From positions 1 to 45,435 of the forward strand of contig JBARPG010000102.1 in the NCBI GenBank assembly GCA_049642885.1: DNA of 45,435 bases. The letters are read 5' to 3'. Shown piece after piece: positions 8,364-19,534 of the stretch. Numbering within the stretch: position 1 is the stretch's first letter; every line of letters begins with the position of its first letter. The DNA comes from Acidimicrobiia bacterium. GTDB taxonomy: Bacteria; Actinomycetota; Acidimicrobiia; IMCC26256; JBARPG01. A program made the translations under genes and the position numbers. The notes below the pieces were generated by a model. That model saw only the letters and a program-made list of their open reading frames with translations, did no database searches and was not told the origin of the DNA.

Positions 8364-9698
8364 ATGGACGACATCACGCGGCGGACATTCTTGAGGGGCG
8401 CGGCGGGTGCCGCTGCCGCGGGAGGGATTGCCGCTTGCAACCTGCCCGCTCCCCCGGCAGCTCCACTGCCACCCGAGGACCCACCACCAGAGTCACCTCC
8501 GGCTACTGACCCGCCACCACCAGCTCCAACAACCTCGGCACCACCGCCCCCACCACCGCCGCCACCGCCGCCTCCGAACATTTCCAAGCGCGTGCTTGTC
8601 CTCATCGAGATGGCAGGAGGGAACGATGGCTTCTCAATGTGCGTTCCATTCCACGACGCGAACTACTACGGAATACGCGGAGCGACCGCTGTCGCCGCGG
8701 CGAGCGTGTTGCCAACGTTCTCGGCCGACGGAATCGGTCTGCATCCCAACCTCGCCGCACTTCACGATCGAGCAAGTCAGCTGGCGGTCATTCGCGGGAT
8801 CGGGGTCCCAAATCCCGACCTGTCCCATTTCGAGATGTTGCGGCGCTGGTGGTTTGGTGATCAGGCTGCTGCCGGTGGCATCACCACGGGAGTACTCGGT
8901 CGCATGTGCGATGTGCTCGACCCAGGCAATGTGCCCGCGGTCGGTCTTTCACTCTCCCCGAGCCCGAATCCCATCTTGACGGCAGTGCACGCTCCGATGA
9001 TGTCGTTTGCTCCGTGGGGCGAACTGACGTTTCCGAAACCGAGCTGGGACGCGAATCTCTCCTCAGCGTGGATTGCAGGACAACGTGCCATGTCCCAGCC
9101 TGATCTCGCTGCTGCATACCCGCTGCTCAACAGCGCGCGCATCGGTATCGGCCGTGCGCTCGACTTCAGTGCAGCCATTGAGAACCTGCCGGCCGCTAGC
9201 AGCGCGTACCCCGACACCGGACTTGGCAATCAACTCGCGCTGACCGCCCGCTTGATCGCTGCCGATATTGGGATCCGCACGATTGTCGTGCCATTCAGCG
9301 GCGACTTTGACACACATGCAGATCATCGAACGCGACACGACGCCCTCATGGCAACCCTCGGCGGCGCGGTGGCCTCATTCCTCGACGATCTGGCAGCGCG
9401 TGGGCTCGCCAGCCGCGTGTTAGCCGCAACGATGAGCGAATTTGGGCGACGTCTCGAACCCAACGACGGCGCAGGACTCGATCACGGCGCAGCTTCGAAC
9501 GCGATGGTCTTTGGCCCTGTCCGCTCCGGCGTGTACGGGACTGCGGTCGACTTCGGACATCCCGACAACGATGGCAATGCCGTTGCCACCGTCACGATGA
9601 ATGATTTCTATGCGACGTTGGCGCAATCGTGGCTGGGGGTGCCTGCATCATCGGTGCTGGCAGGAAGCGCAGCACCGATTTCGGGATTGATCCAGTAG
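8364..9698 (+). CDS. DUF1501 (sulfatase/alkaline-phosphatase-fold) protein with Tat signal, lipobox and Pro-rich linker
   Basis: ATG 8364 lies 1 nt after the DUF1800 stop. MDDITRRTFLRGAAGAAAAGGIAAC combines a twin-arginine motif with a lipobox-like Cys. A 12xPro run follows. DUF1501-like blocks are MAGGNDG, DTHADH and MSEFGRR...DHG. Confidence 0.85.
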   Translation: MDDITRRTFLRGAAGAAAAGGIAACNLPAPPAAPLPPEDPPPESPPATDPPPPAPTTSAPPPPPPPPPPPPNISKRVLVLIEMAGGNDGFSMCVPFHDANYYGIRGATAVAAASVLPTFSADGIGLHPNLAALHDRASQLAVIRGIGVPNPDLSHFEMLRRWWFGDQAAAGGITTGVLGRMCDVLDPGNVPAVGLSLSPSPNPILTAVHAPMMSFAPWGELTFPKPSWDANLSSAWIAGQRAMSQPDLAAAYPLLNSARIGIGRALDFSAAIENLPAASSAYPDTGLGNQLALTARLIAADIGIRTIVVPFSGDFDTHADHRTRHDALMATLGGAVASFLDDLAARGLASRVLAATMSEFGRRLEPNDGAGLDHGAASNAMVFGPVRSGVYGTAVDFGHPDNDGNAVATVTMNDFYATLAQSWLGVPASSVLAGSAAPISGLIQ

Positions 9699-9703
9699 GA
9701 GGT

Positions 9704-10261
9704 CTACACAGAGCGGCCGAGGAAAGCAGCGAGCTGATCGGCGGCTGATGCACCTTCTGGCGCGGCTTGCTTTGGGCCGAACGGAGCCCCTTCTGGGCCA
9801 CGGAATGACTCCTGAATCGATGTCTGCGCTGCTGCAAGCAACCCCGTTGCGACCTCTGGGGCAAGGTTCGTGTCTTGACCAGTCGCCTTGGCGAGATCCC
9901 ACGCGTGCTGCAACGTGTCGGTACATGCCATACCGCACACCGCCGCTCCGGGCATCGTGCCGAATGGCAGCGTGATCATTTTCTGCATCACACCCTCTTC
10001 TTGAAAACTCGCGAGCGTGCCTGCAGCTGCCGCGTCAAATGCTTCGAGGAAATCGCCGTCAGAAAACGCCTGCGATGCCTTTTCCATTCCAGAACCGGTC
10101 ATGCCTGCTTGGAAGAAATACTGTGCGCCGACGATGTGGTCGACGAGCTGTGCCACGTTCCATGATGCGCACGGGGTGGGTTCGCTCAGCTGGTCTGCCG
10201 TGACGTTGGCGAGCACTGCTCGCGTGGCGGCAATCGTCTTTTCTAATGATTCGGTACTCAC
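9704..10261 (-). CDS. TIGR03086-family / mycothiol maleylpyruvate-isomerase N-terminal (DinB-fold) metal-binding protein
   Basis: N-terminus LANVTADQLSEPTPCASWNVAQLVDHIVGAQYFF matches the characteristic PTPCxxWxVxxLxxH pattern of this actinobacterial family. Confidence 0.8.
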   Translation of the reverse strand: MSTESLEKTIAATRAVLANVTADQLSEPTPCASWNVAQLVDHIVGAQYFFQAGMTGSGMEKASQAFSDGDFLEAFDAAAAGTLASFQEEGVMQKMITLPFGTMPGAAVCGMACTDTLQHAWDLAKATGQDTNLAPEVATGLLAAAQTSIQESFRGPEGAPFGPKQAAPEGASAADQLAAFLGRSV

Positions 10262-10295
10262 AGGTCTCCCTCGCGCGACTATTGGTGAGCGGAGC

Positions 10296-12350
<2,055 letters not shown>

Positions 12351-12458
12351 CGCGCGAGTCTCCCACGAATGCTGCACAGGATTGAGCCATCCGTCATAAC
12401 GCCCCGTTGTGGACTCCTGAGGCACCGCCCTGAACTGTGAATCAGGAATACTTGAGGC

Positions 12459-13070
12459 ATGCCGACCTCGCAACAACATGTACTGACGCTCGATCTCGAA
12501 GGCGTACTAATCCCCGAGATTTGGGTCGCAGTCGCAGAACGCACCGGAATCGACGCGCTGCGGCGTACCACTCGCGAGGAACCCGACTACGACGTACTGA
12601 TGGCCTATCGCCTTGGAATCCTTGCCGACCACGGCCTCACGATGTCGTTGATTGAGGATGTGATCGCCTCGCTGGAACCCTTGCCGGGAGCAATCGAATT
12701 CCTCGATGCGATGCGTGAACGTACTCAGGTGATCATTCTCTCCGACACGTTTGAGCAATTCGGTCGCCCGTTTATGCGCCAGCTTGGATGGCCCGCGCTC
12801 TGGTGCCACCAACTCGTCGTCCAGGACGATCGAATCACCGGATATCAATTGCGGATGCACGACCAAAAACGACACGCAGTCGAGGCCCTGCACGCGCTCA
12901 ATTTCCGCGTGACCGCTGCTGGTGATTCCTATAACGACACGGCGATGCTTGCCGCGGCCGATACTGGATTTCTCTTTCGTTCGCCCGACAACGTCATTGC
13001 GGAGTTCCCGCAATTCGAGGCCCTTCATGAGTACGCAGAATTATCGGAGCGGGTCCTCGCGATCCTCTAA
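12459..13070 (+). CDS. thrH: Phosphoserine phosphatase / homoserine phosphotransferase ThrH (HAD family)
   Basis: Near colinear similarity, from memory, to Pseudomonas ThrH: [51 protein letters not shown]...KR and [12 protein letters not shown]. Confidence 0.85.
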   Translation: MPTSQQHVLTLDLEGVLIPEIWVAVAERTGIDALRRTTREEPDYDVLMAYRLGILADHGLTMSLIEDVIASLEPLPGAIEFLDAMRERTQVIILSDTFEQFGRPFMRQLGWPALWCHQLVVQDDRITGYQLRMHDQKRHAVEALHALNFRVTAAGDSYNDTAMLAAADTGFLFRSPDNVIAEFPQFEALHEYAELSERVLAIL

Positions 13071-14296
13071 TCCGGCGGGGCCTGATCTCCGAACCCGGCG
13101 CGCAGAAGGCCGGCCTCGATCCTGCCTCGGAAGCGAGCGATCGTCACCGCATGCATCACGGTCAGTACGACCGCGGCGATCAACACCAATACTGCGCTCG
13201 GCAACACCTTCCCGAACCCGAGTGCCAACACGACCAGCAGCACTAACGCGGTGACACGTTCCAGAGCCACACCACGGTTGTATTGATAGTGAATCCCCAT
13301 AAACCCTCCGAGTAAGCACAGCATCGACGCAGCGAGCATGCGTTGATCGAAGGTACCCAGATGATGGCTGGGCTCAAGGACGACGTGCTTCGCGACAACT
13401 GCGTACAGAATGATTCCGAACACGATCGGAAAATGCATGAACGAGAACATGTCCCGCGCCACCCGTGCACGGTGTTCACCCGAGACTCGACGCAGCGCGT
13501 CTTCGGTGACACGCGGAATGAATGCGAAGTACACCCACCACATCACGCACGCCACCAGTACCGGGGCGACGAGGCCAAAGATCAGGTGATTCGCGGCGCC
13601 CGCCTCCGACGCGTTCGTGCCAGCAGCGACGAGCACCTCCCCCAGGCTGATGATGACAAACAGCGCGTGGCGTTCAGAAAAATGCGCGGGGTCAATTGAC
13701 CAACCTCCGCCTTCTGGCTGGGCGCGACCGCTCGAAAGGGCGCCGATGAATCCCAAGAGTGCACCAATAGTCCACAACACAATCCTCATGGTCCCGTGCA
13801 TGAATCCTCCGGCGGCGACTGCACACGGACCGATTGCGGCGAAGCCCGCGTACGAAAGGAAGGTGGCGCGAGCCGCTGGGTCACGCCACATCTCCGAAGC
13901 AAGCAGACCGATAGCAATGAACCGAGTAATGCAGTAGGCAACTGCAAATTGCGAGCCACCCGAGCCAAAGGCCTCTGGAAGCGCGACCGCCATTACGAGC
14001 GCGCTCGGCACCGCAAGCAGCACGCCGAACTGACCTCGTTGACTCGTCTCGAGGTCAATCGCAGAACCAGTCCATGAGAACTGACTCCACAGCCACCACA
14101 CCAACCACGCAATGAGCGCGCCCTTCCCGAAGCCACTCCAGCTGGGTCTGTGTGCGATGAGTGACGCGATTTGTGTGATCGCAAACACAAACACGAGGTC
14201 GAGGAAGAGTTCGACATTGGAGGCGCGTCGCCCTTGCTCTTCGGCCGACTCAGGTGTTTCGTTTGCGCCGATGTTGTTCGATCTCTCTGTACTCAT
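13067..14296 (-). CDS. Low-temperature-requirement LtrA-family integral membrane protein
   Basis: Start set at ATG (cat 14294-14296), which forms an ATGA overlap with the arsR stop. [15 protein letters not shown] is the typical LtrA N-terminal motif. The protein is polytopic and hydrophobic throughout. Confidence 0.8.
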   Translation of the reverse strand: MSTERSNNIGANETPESAEEQGRRASNVELFLDLVFVFAITQIASLIAHRPSWSGFGKGALIAWLVWWLWSQFSWTGSAIDLETSQRGQFGVLLAVPSALVMAVALPEAFGSGGSQFAVAYCITRFIAIGLLASEMWRDPAARATFLSYAGFAAIGPCAVAAGGFMHGTMRIVLWTIGALLGFIGALSSGRAQPEGGGWSIDPAHFSERHALFVIISLGEVLVAAGTNASEAGAANHLIFGLVAPVLVACVMWWVYFAFIPRVTEDALRRVSGEHRARVARDMFSFMHFPIVFGIILYAVVAKHVVLEPSHHLGTFDQRMLAASMLCLLGGFMGIHYQYNRGVALERVTALVLLVVLALGFGKVLPSAVLVLIAAVVLTVMHAVTIARFRGRIEAGLLRAGFGDQAPPD

Positions 14297-14562
14297 GACA
14301 GCACCGAGCGTAAGGCCGCCATCGCATCGGGCACAACGCTCCACCACACCCACCGCCCGCGCTTTTCGCCGACGATCAGGCCCGCGTCGGCAAGGGCCTT
14401 GGTGTGGTGACTCACCGTCGGCTGCGTGCGGTCGACAGCATCAACCAGATCACAAGAACAGACTTCGCCAGCAGAGGCAATCACGCTCAAAACACGCAAC
14501 CGAACCGGGTCGCTCAGTGCCGCAAACCGCTCCGAATACCGTTCGGCGTCGCGAGTGGACAT
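14293..14562 (-). CDS. arsR: ArsR/SmtB-family metalloregulator
   Basis: ATG (cat 14560-14562) is preceded by AGGAGG. FAALSDPVRLRVLSVIASAGEVCSCDLVDAV...TVSHHTKALADAGLI contains a wHTH with a CxC metalloid site. The longer track ORF to 14676 lacks an SD. Confidence 0.85.
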   Translation of the reverse strand: MSTRDAERYSERFAALSDPVRLRVLSVIASAGEVCSCDLVDAVDRTQPTVSHHTKALADAGLIVGEKRGRWVWWSVVPDAMAALRSVLS

Positions 14563-14639
14563 GGCGCGGCCTCCTGGAGAACAGCACGTAATCGTTCGCG
14601 ATTTCGCCGTGGTGGTCATATCAGTACGCACTCCAATAG

Positions 14640-14690
14640 ATTGACAGTTATCGATACGTATGCAAGAGTGATGCATCGACAGTTGTCAAT
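14640..14690. promoter_or_regulatory. Candidate ArsR operator and divergent promoter core
   Basis: ATTGACAGTTATCGAT (14640-14655) and ATCGACAGTTGTCAAT (14675-14690) match at 12 of 16 positions as an inverted repeat, and both contain GACAGTT. Each arm supplies a perfect TTGACA -35-like hexamer facing outward toward arsI (+) and arsR (-). Confidence 0.4.
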
Positions 14691-14704
14691 ATATCGGAGG
14701 AACC

Positions 14705-15109
14705 ATGTCACGTCTACAACTCGCATTGAATGTCAGCGATCTAGAACAGAGCGTGAAGTTCTACGCACAGCTCTTCGGCGCCGAGCCAGTGAAACTGCGG
14801 CCTGGATATGCGAACTTTGCGATCGCCGACCCGCCACTCAAGCTGGTTTTGTTCGAGAACCCTGGCGCCGCTGGCAGCATCAATCACCTCGGCGTGGAAC
14901 ACGCGGAACGTGCCGCGGTTCAGACGGCGATCGGCGAACTCACCGCCGCGGGCATGCTGCCCGTCATCGAGAACGAGACTGAATGTTGTTACGCCGTACA
15001 AGACAAGGCATGGGTCACCGCTCCCGACGGCGAGGCATGGGAGGTCTACACCGTGTTATCGGATGTTCCCGAAGACGCGCCCAGCACGACGTGCTGCACA
15101 CCCGCATGA
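14705..15109 (+). CDS. arsI: ArsI/CadI-family glyoxalase-fold protein (C-As lyase-like)
   Basis: SD GGAGGA is upstream. LNVSDLEQSVKFYAQLFGAEPVK, the vicinal cysteine pair ETECCYAVQDKAWVTAPDGEAWEVY and a Cys-rich tail TTCCTPA match the ArsI/CadI pattern as I recall it. Confidence 0.8.
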   Translation: MSRLQLALNVSDLEQSVKFYAQLFGAEPVKLRPGYANFAIADPPLKLVLFENPGAAGSINHLGVEHAERAAVQTAIGELTAAGMLPVIENETECCYAVQDKAWVTAPDGEAWEVYTVLSDVPEDAPSTTCCTPA

Positions 15110-15522
15110 CGCAGACACCGACGGTTGCGTTTCTTTGCGTACACAACGCGGGTCGGTCACAAATGGCCTTGGGTTGGCTGCGCGAACTCGCCGGAGAGCG
15201 AGTGCATGGACTGAGCGGTGGGAGCGAACCTGCCACGCAGATCAATCCCATTGCCGTTGTAGCGATGGCCGAAGTGGGGATTGACATCAGCGCCAACACG
15301 CCGGAACGCTGGACCCTCGATCTGCTTCGCTCTGCCGATGTCATCATCACGATGGGTTGCGGCGAGACCTGTCCGGTTGTGCCGGGGGTGCGGTACGAAG
15401 ATTGGGCGATCGCAGACCCGGCGGGGCAGCCCATCGAGCGGGTTCGTGCCATTCGCGAGGACATCCGGCTGCGTGTGACTGGCCTCATTGAGAAACTCGG
15501 ACCGCGTGACGATGAGCACTAG
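15106..15522 (+). CDS. arsC: Arsenate reductase, LMW-PTP family
   Basis: ATG 15106 overlaps the arsI stop (ATGA). The P-loop is VAFLCVHNAGRSQMA, followed by ITMGCGETCP and DWAIADPAG. Confidence 0.85.
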   Translation: MTQTPTVAFLCVHNAGRSQMALGWLRELAGERVHGLSGGSEPATQINPIAVVAMAEVGIDISANTPERWTLDLLRSADVIITMGCGETCPVVPGVRYEDWAIADPAGQPIERVRAIREDIRLRVTGLIEKLGPRDDEH

Positions 15523-16612
15523 CCCCGACGCGACTGGCACACCGCCGTTGGTAGGCGACGATCATCCTGCACCGCACCTTCGGACCCTCGATCGGCTACT
15601 CCCCCTTTGGATTGGCTGCGCGATGGGCCTCGGGATTGCGCTCGGCCAAATCATTCCTGATCTCTCCGGAAAACTCGACGCGCTGCATGTGGACACCGTC
15701 TCCCTCCCGATTGCTGTCGGGCTCCTTTTGATGATGTATCCGGTGCTCGCAAAGGTGCGGTACGGCGAACTCCACCACGTGGCCCAAAACGGCAAATTGC
15801 TCGCAACCTCGCTCGTACTGAATTGGTTGGTCGGTCCCGCGTTGATGTTCGGCCTTGCATCGTTGATGTTGCCGGACCTGCCGGCGTACCGGACGGGGCT
15901 CATCGTGGTTGGCCTCGCTCGTTGCATCGCAATGGTGTTGATTTGGAATGACCTGTCCTGCGGCAATTCGGAAGTTGCAGCCGTGCTCGTCGCCCTGAAT
16001 TCACTCTTTCAGATCGTCGCGTATTCACTTCTTGGATGGTTCTATCTCACGAAGCTGCCCGATTTGCTGGGGATGAGTAACGCTGCGTTGGACGTTTCGA
16101 TGTGGTCGATTGCACGTGCCGTTGCGATATTCCTCGGCATTCCCCTTTTGGCCGGGTATCTCTCGCGTGCAGTTGGCGAGCGGCGGCGCGGTCGCGACTG
16201 GTACGAGCAGTCATTCCTCCCACGGATCGGGCCGATTGCCCTGTGGGGTCTGCTGTTCACGATTGTGGCGCTTTTTGCCCTCCAAGGTGATCGCATCGTG
16301 CATGCGCCCGGCGATGTTGCGCGGATCGCGCTCCCCCTTCTCGCCTATTTCGCACTGATGTGGCTCGGCAGCATGTGGCTCACGCGTCGGTTGGGATTTG
16401 ACTACCCAACTGCGAGCAGCATTTCGTTTACCGCAGCGGGCAACAACTTCGAGCTTGGCATCGCTGTTTGCATCGCCGTATTCGGTGCCACTTCTGGTCA
16501 GGCGCTGGCAGGTGCGGTTGGTCCGCTCATCGAAGTTCCGGTGCTCGTCGGGCTCGTCACCGTGGCTCTGAAACTCCGCGGCACCTGGCCGCGAAGTACC
16601 CTCGACGCGTGA
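15512..16612 (+). CDS. acr3: ACR3-family arsenite efflux permease
   Basis: LDRLLPLWIGCAMGLGIALG and PIAVGLLLMMYPVLAKVRYGEL are typical ACR3 blocks. The protein is polytopic. Start ATG 15512 overlaps the end of arsC by 11 nt. Confidence 0.9.
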   Translation: MSTSPDATGTPPLVGDDHPAPHLRTLDRLLPLWIGCAMGLGIALGQIIPDLSGKLDALHVDTVSLPIAVGLLLMMYPVLAKVRYGELHHVAQNGKLLATSLVLNWLVGPALMFGLASLMLPDLPAYRTGLIVVGLARCIAMVLIWNDLSCGNSEVAAVLVALNSLFQIVAYSLLGWFYLTKLPDLLGMSNAALDVSMWSIARAVAIFLGIPLLAGYLSRAVGERRRGRDWYEQSFLPRIGPIALWGLLFTIVALFALQGDRIVHAPGDVARIALPLLAYFALMWLGSMWLTRRLGFDYPTASSISFTAAGNNFELGIAVCIAVFGATSGQALAGAVGPLIEVPVLVGLVTVALKLRGTWPRSTLDA

Positions 16613-17112
16613 CCAAATACTCCCTCATACCCGAGCAATCACGCGTGCGTATCGATGGCAGTTCGAACGTGCATGGGATTCGGGCCGAGAGCGTCGGACT
16701 CAACGGCGAAATCGAGGTGCAACACACCGCTCGTGGCCTGAAGTTACGCAGTCCCGTCACCGGTTGGGTCGAGATCGAAGTCGCGAAATTGCGCGCCAGC
16801 AATCCACTCGTTGAAGCCGAGACCAAACGGCGAATCGATGCGAAGCGTTTCCCGACTATTCGAGGCGACCTCAACGAGGCATCCGCGACGGGGAGCGAGA
16901 CGGTGTCGGCATCAGGGGAGATCACCTTCCGCGGCGTGAACACGGCAGTTCACGGCGAGCTGCGCGTTGAACGAGACGGCGACCACGTACACATCACCGG
17001 TTCCCAAACCTTCGACATCCGAGAGTGGGGGCTTCAGCCGCCGAAAATGTTGATGCTGAAGGTTTCGCCGATGATCACCGTTACGATCGATGCCCTCGGC
17101 GCGCCGCAGTGA
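16609..17112 (+). CDS. YceI-like domain protein (no signal peptide)
   Basis: GTG 16609 overlaps the acr3 stop (GTGA). YSLIPEQSRVRIDGSSNVHGIRAESVGLNGEIEV resembles the YceI N-terminal strand pattern. The upstream part of track ORF 16468.. lies inside acr3 in another frame. Confidence 0.65.
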   Translation: MTKYSLIPEQSRVRIDGSSNVHGIRAESVGLNGEIEVQHTARGLKLRSPVTGWVEIEVAKLRASNPLVEAETKRRIDAKRFPTIRGDLNEASATGSETVSASGEITFRGVNTAVHGELRVERDGDHVHITGSQTFDIREWGLQPPKMLMLKVSPMITVTIDALGAPQ

Positions 17113-17116
17113 TCGA

Positions 17117-17731
17117 ATGACGCGCCGCCCACTCGTATTGGCCTCGGCTTCACCTTCACGTTTGCGAATCTTGAGGGATGCTGGGTTCGATCCCATTGTG
17201 AGGGTGAGCGCGGTCGACGAAGACCGCTACGCCGCAACAAATCCACAAGACATCGTCCGCGAACTGGCATGCCGCAAGGCCCGGGCCGTGGCAGAAGCCA
17301 GCGATCTTCCTCCCGCGGCAATCGTCGTCGGGTGTGACTCGCTGTTCCAGATTGATGGCGTGATGTACGGGAAGCCTGGTGACCCCGCAACCGCACGGCA
17401 GCGATGGCACATGATGCGCGGCAAGACCGGAACCTTGCTCACGGGACACTGCATCATTGACTGCGCAACGCACGCGGAGGTCAGTGCGACCGCGCAGACA
17501 CAGGTCACCTTTGGCATGCCAACTGAAGGCGAAATCGACTCCTATGTTGCGAGTGGCGAACCAATTCACGTGGCAGGCGCGTTTACCTTGGAAGGCCGCG
17601 CATCACTGTTCATCGAACGGATCGAAGGCGATCCAAGCAACGTGATCGGGCTCTCGGTGCCGACGTTTCGCGCGCTGCTCACCGAGGTCGGCATCGCGGC
17701 AATCGACCTCTGGCGCGACCCGAGCGTGTAA
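17117..17731 (+). CDS. maf: Maf-like nucleoside-triphosphate pyrophosphatase
   Basis: LVLASASPSRLRILRDAGF is the typical Maf N-terminus, and GAFTLEG...IEGDPSNVIGL the typical C-terminal block. Confidence 0.85.
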   Translation: MTRRPLVLASASPSRLRILRDAGFDPIVRVSAVDEDRYAATNPQDIVRELACRKARAVAEASDLPPAAIVVGCDSLFQIDGVMYGKPGDPATARQRWHMMRGKTGTLLTGHCIIDCATHAEVSATAQTQVTFGMPTEGEIDSYVASGEPIHVAGAFTLEGRASLFIERIEGDPSNVIGLSVPTFRALLTEVGIAAIDLWRDPSV

Positions 17732-17737
17732 CCGGCA

Positions 17738-19474
17738 CTAGTAGCTGCCACGCAGCAAGCGGCCGAACCCCGTTGTCTTGCCGAGCGCCGGGTCTGCCTC
17801 GTGGCCGTCCCACGCAAGCAGGCCGTTGATAAAGACTGCTCGAATGGCATCGTCGTTGCGTTTCACGATGCGATGCAATTCTGGAAATCCCGGCATGAGT
17901 TCTTCATGCAATTCGTCGAGCGCGCCGTCAAGACCCGTTGGATCGACGATCACCATGTCCGCGCGGTCCCCTACTCGCAGGTGCCCCGCGTCAATGCCGA
18001 GGTAGTCGGCAATCTCGCCCGTAACGCGATGCACCGCGCGACCGATGCTCATGACCCGTCGGCCCTGATGCTGAGCGTCGCGCACGAGGCGCAGCATCTG
18101 CAGCGCGTAGTTATAGAAGCCCATATTGCGAAGGTGTGCACCTGCATCGGAAAACCCGACCAACACCTGGGGGTGTTGCACGATCCATTCCAATTCGCGC
18201 GGACGATCATTCGCAATCACCGTGTGCCACCGAAGTGCATTGCCATGCTCGGCGATGAGGTCCATGAAACATTCGAGTGGATCGATACCGCGCCCGTTCG
18301 CGACGTCGGCGAAGGTCCGGCCAACAATCGACGCATCGGGCGCTCCCATAATGCGCGCTTCTCGCAAATCGCGGTGATACACGCGGCCTTTGATCTTGTT
18401 CTTCCACTGTTTACGAAATCGCTCGCGCCAATCCGCTCCGCGCATGAGATCGCCACGGCCTGACGGGTCGAGGTGCAATGCCTCGGTCCCTGCGCCGAGC
18501 TCTTCGAGGATCGGGTTTTCAAGCCCATCGATCCACATATCAAACACATTTGGCAGAGACTGAAAACGAATATCGGCGCCGATGAGTTTGCGTGCCGCGG
18601 TAGCCGCACCACCCAACGCTCGGTGAATGCCACGGAAGGCTCGGATATCCGCCAGCGAAATCACCATCGTGCGCAGCGGCGCGTGGCGCACGCGCGAGGC
18701 CAAAGCAACAAAGGCAAGAAAGTTCCAACGCGACTGGATATCCGGCACGGCTTGGAAGATCGCACCGCGTTTCCGCAATGGTTCCGCCAGCGCGCGGTAC
18801 TCCTTCCAACTCGCGAACACTGAGGGAGTCGGGCGGCTGCGGTAGCGATCGCCGGTGACTTTGTCCCACGGCAACGTGTTGATGGACAGGCCGAGGTACC
18901 CCGCATCGAGCGACTCCTCAACCATCGTGACCATGCGCCCGAGTTCCGCATCGGTCGGCGCCGTTCCCGTTTCAACCGAACGGCCGAAGCCCATCACGTG
19001 TGCACGAATTGCCGAGTGGCCGAGGAGCGATACGACGTTTGGGCCGAGCGGCATCGTTTCGAGGTGCTCGAAATACTCGGTCGGACTGGACCATGTAATG
19101 GTCTTCTCCAGCATCGGCAGCACTTCTTCACGCGGGATACCTTCGACGCGACAGAACATGTCGGCAAGATCTTCCGGATCGCCAACCGCAAATGAGAGAC
19201 CGCACGACCCAACCAGAGCGGTGGTCACTCCGTGGCGCACCGACTCAATGAGCGCCGGCGCGAATTCGATCTCAGCGTCATAGTGCGTGTGCAAATCGAC
19301 AAAGCCGGGCATCACCCAGCATCCCGTTGCATCGATAACGCTCGCGCCCTTGGGGGCGTTGAGGCCCTTGCCAATGCGAACGACGTGACCATCCGCAATG
19401 AGTACGTCAGCGAAGCTGCCATCCGTGCCAGAACCGTCGAAGATGAGCCCTCCGCGTATCAGCGTTTGTTCCAT
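17738..19474 (-). CDS. N-acyl-D-amino-acid deacylase (D-aminoacylase) family amidohydrolase
   Basis: MEQTLIRGGLIFDGSG...VIDATGCWVMPGFVDLHTHYD is the metal-binding HxH amidohydrolase N-terminus, and the length of about 578 aa is typical for the family. SD GGGGAG is upstream. Confidence 0.85.
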   Translation of the reverse strand: MEQTLIRGGLIFDGSGTDGSFADVLIADGHVVRIGKGLNAPKGASVIDATGCWVMPGFVDLHTHYDAEIEFAPALIESVRHGVTTALVGSCGLSFAVGDPEDLADMFCRVEGIPREEVLPMLEKTITWSSPTEYFEHLETMPLGPNVVSLLGHSAIRAHVMGFGRSVETGTAPTDAELGRMVTMVEESLDAGYLGLSINTLPWDKVTGDRYRSRPTPSVFASWKEYRALAEPLRKRGAIFQAVPDIQSRWNFLAFVALASRVRHAPLRTMVISLADIRAFRGIHRALGGAATAARKLIGADIRFQSLPNVFDMWIDGLENPILEELGAGTEALHLDPSGRGDLMRGADWRERFRKQWKNKIKGRVYHRDLREARIMGAPDASIVGRTFADVANGRGIDPLECFMDLIAEHGNALRWHTVIANDRPRELEWIVQHPQVLVGFSDAGAHLRNMGFYNYALQMLRLVRDAQHQGRRVMSIGRAVHRVTGEIADYLGIDAGHLRVGDRADMVIVDPTGLDGALDELHEELMPGFPELHRIVKRNDDAIRAVFINGLLAWDGHEADPALGKTTGFGRLLRGSY

Positions 19475-19534
19475 CGCTCCCCCAAGGTTCCGAACGTGAA
19501 TCTACTCTCTTGAATTCCAATAGTCTTGCGGTCC

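Noticed and set aside
8339-8605. Minus-strand ORF encoding a poly-Gly protein
   Set aside because: It is the antisense of the poly-Pro linker (CCN codons read as GGN) in the DUF1501 gene.
16468-16608. N-terminal parts of ORFs 16468..17112 and 39428..40057 that run inside acr3 and ric
   Set aside because: These stretches are alternate-frame readings of strongly supported genes. The real genes start at the overlap-coupled GTG 16609 and ATG 39620.
13067-17731. Arsenic cluster, or the whole stress-gene-rich window, as a mobile genomic island
   Set aside because: No integrase, transposase, tRNA attachment site, flanking direct repeats or obvious compositional break could be seen. Co-localisation of stress modules alone is not evidence of mobility.
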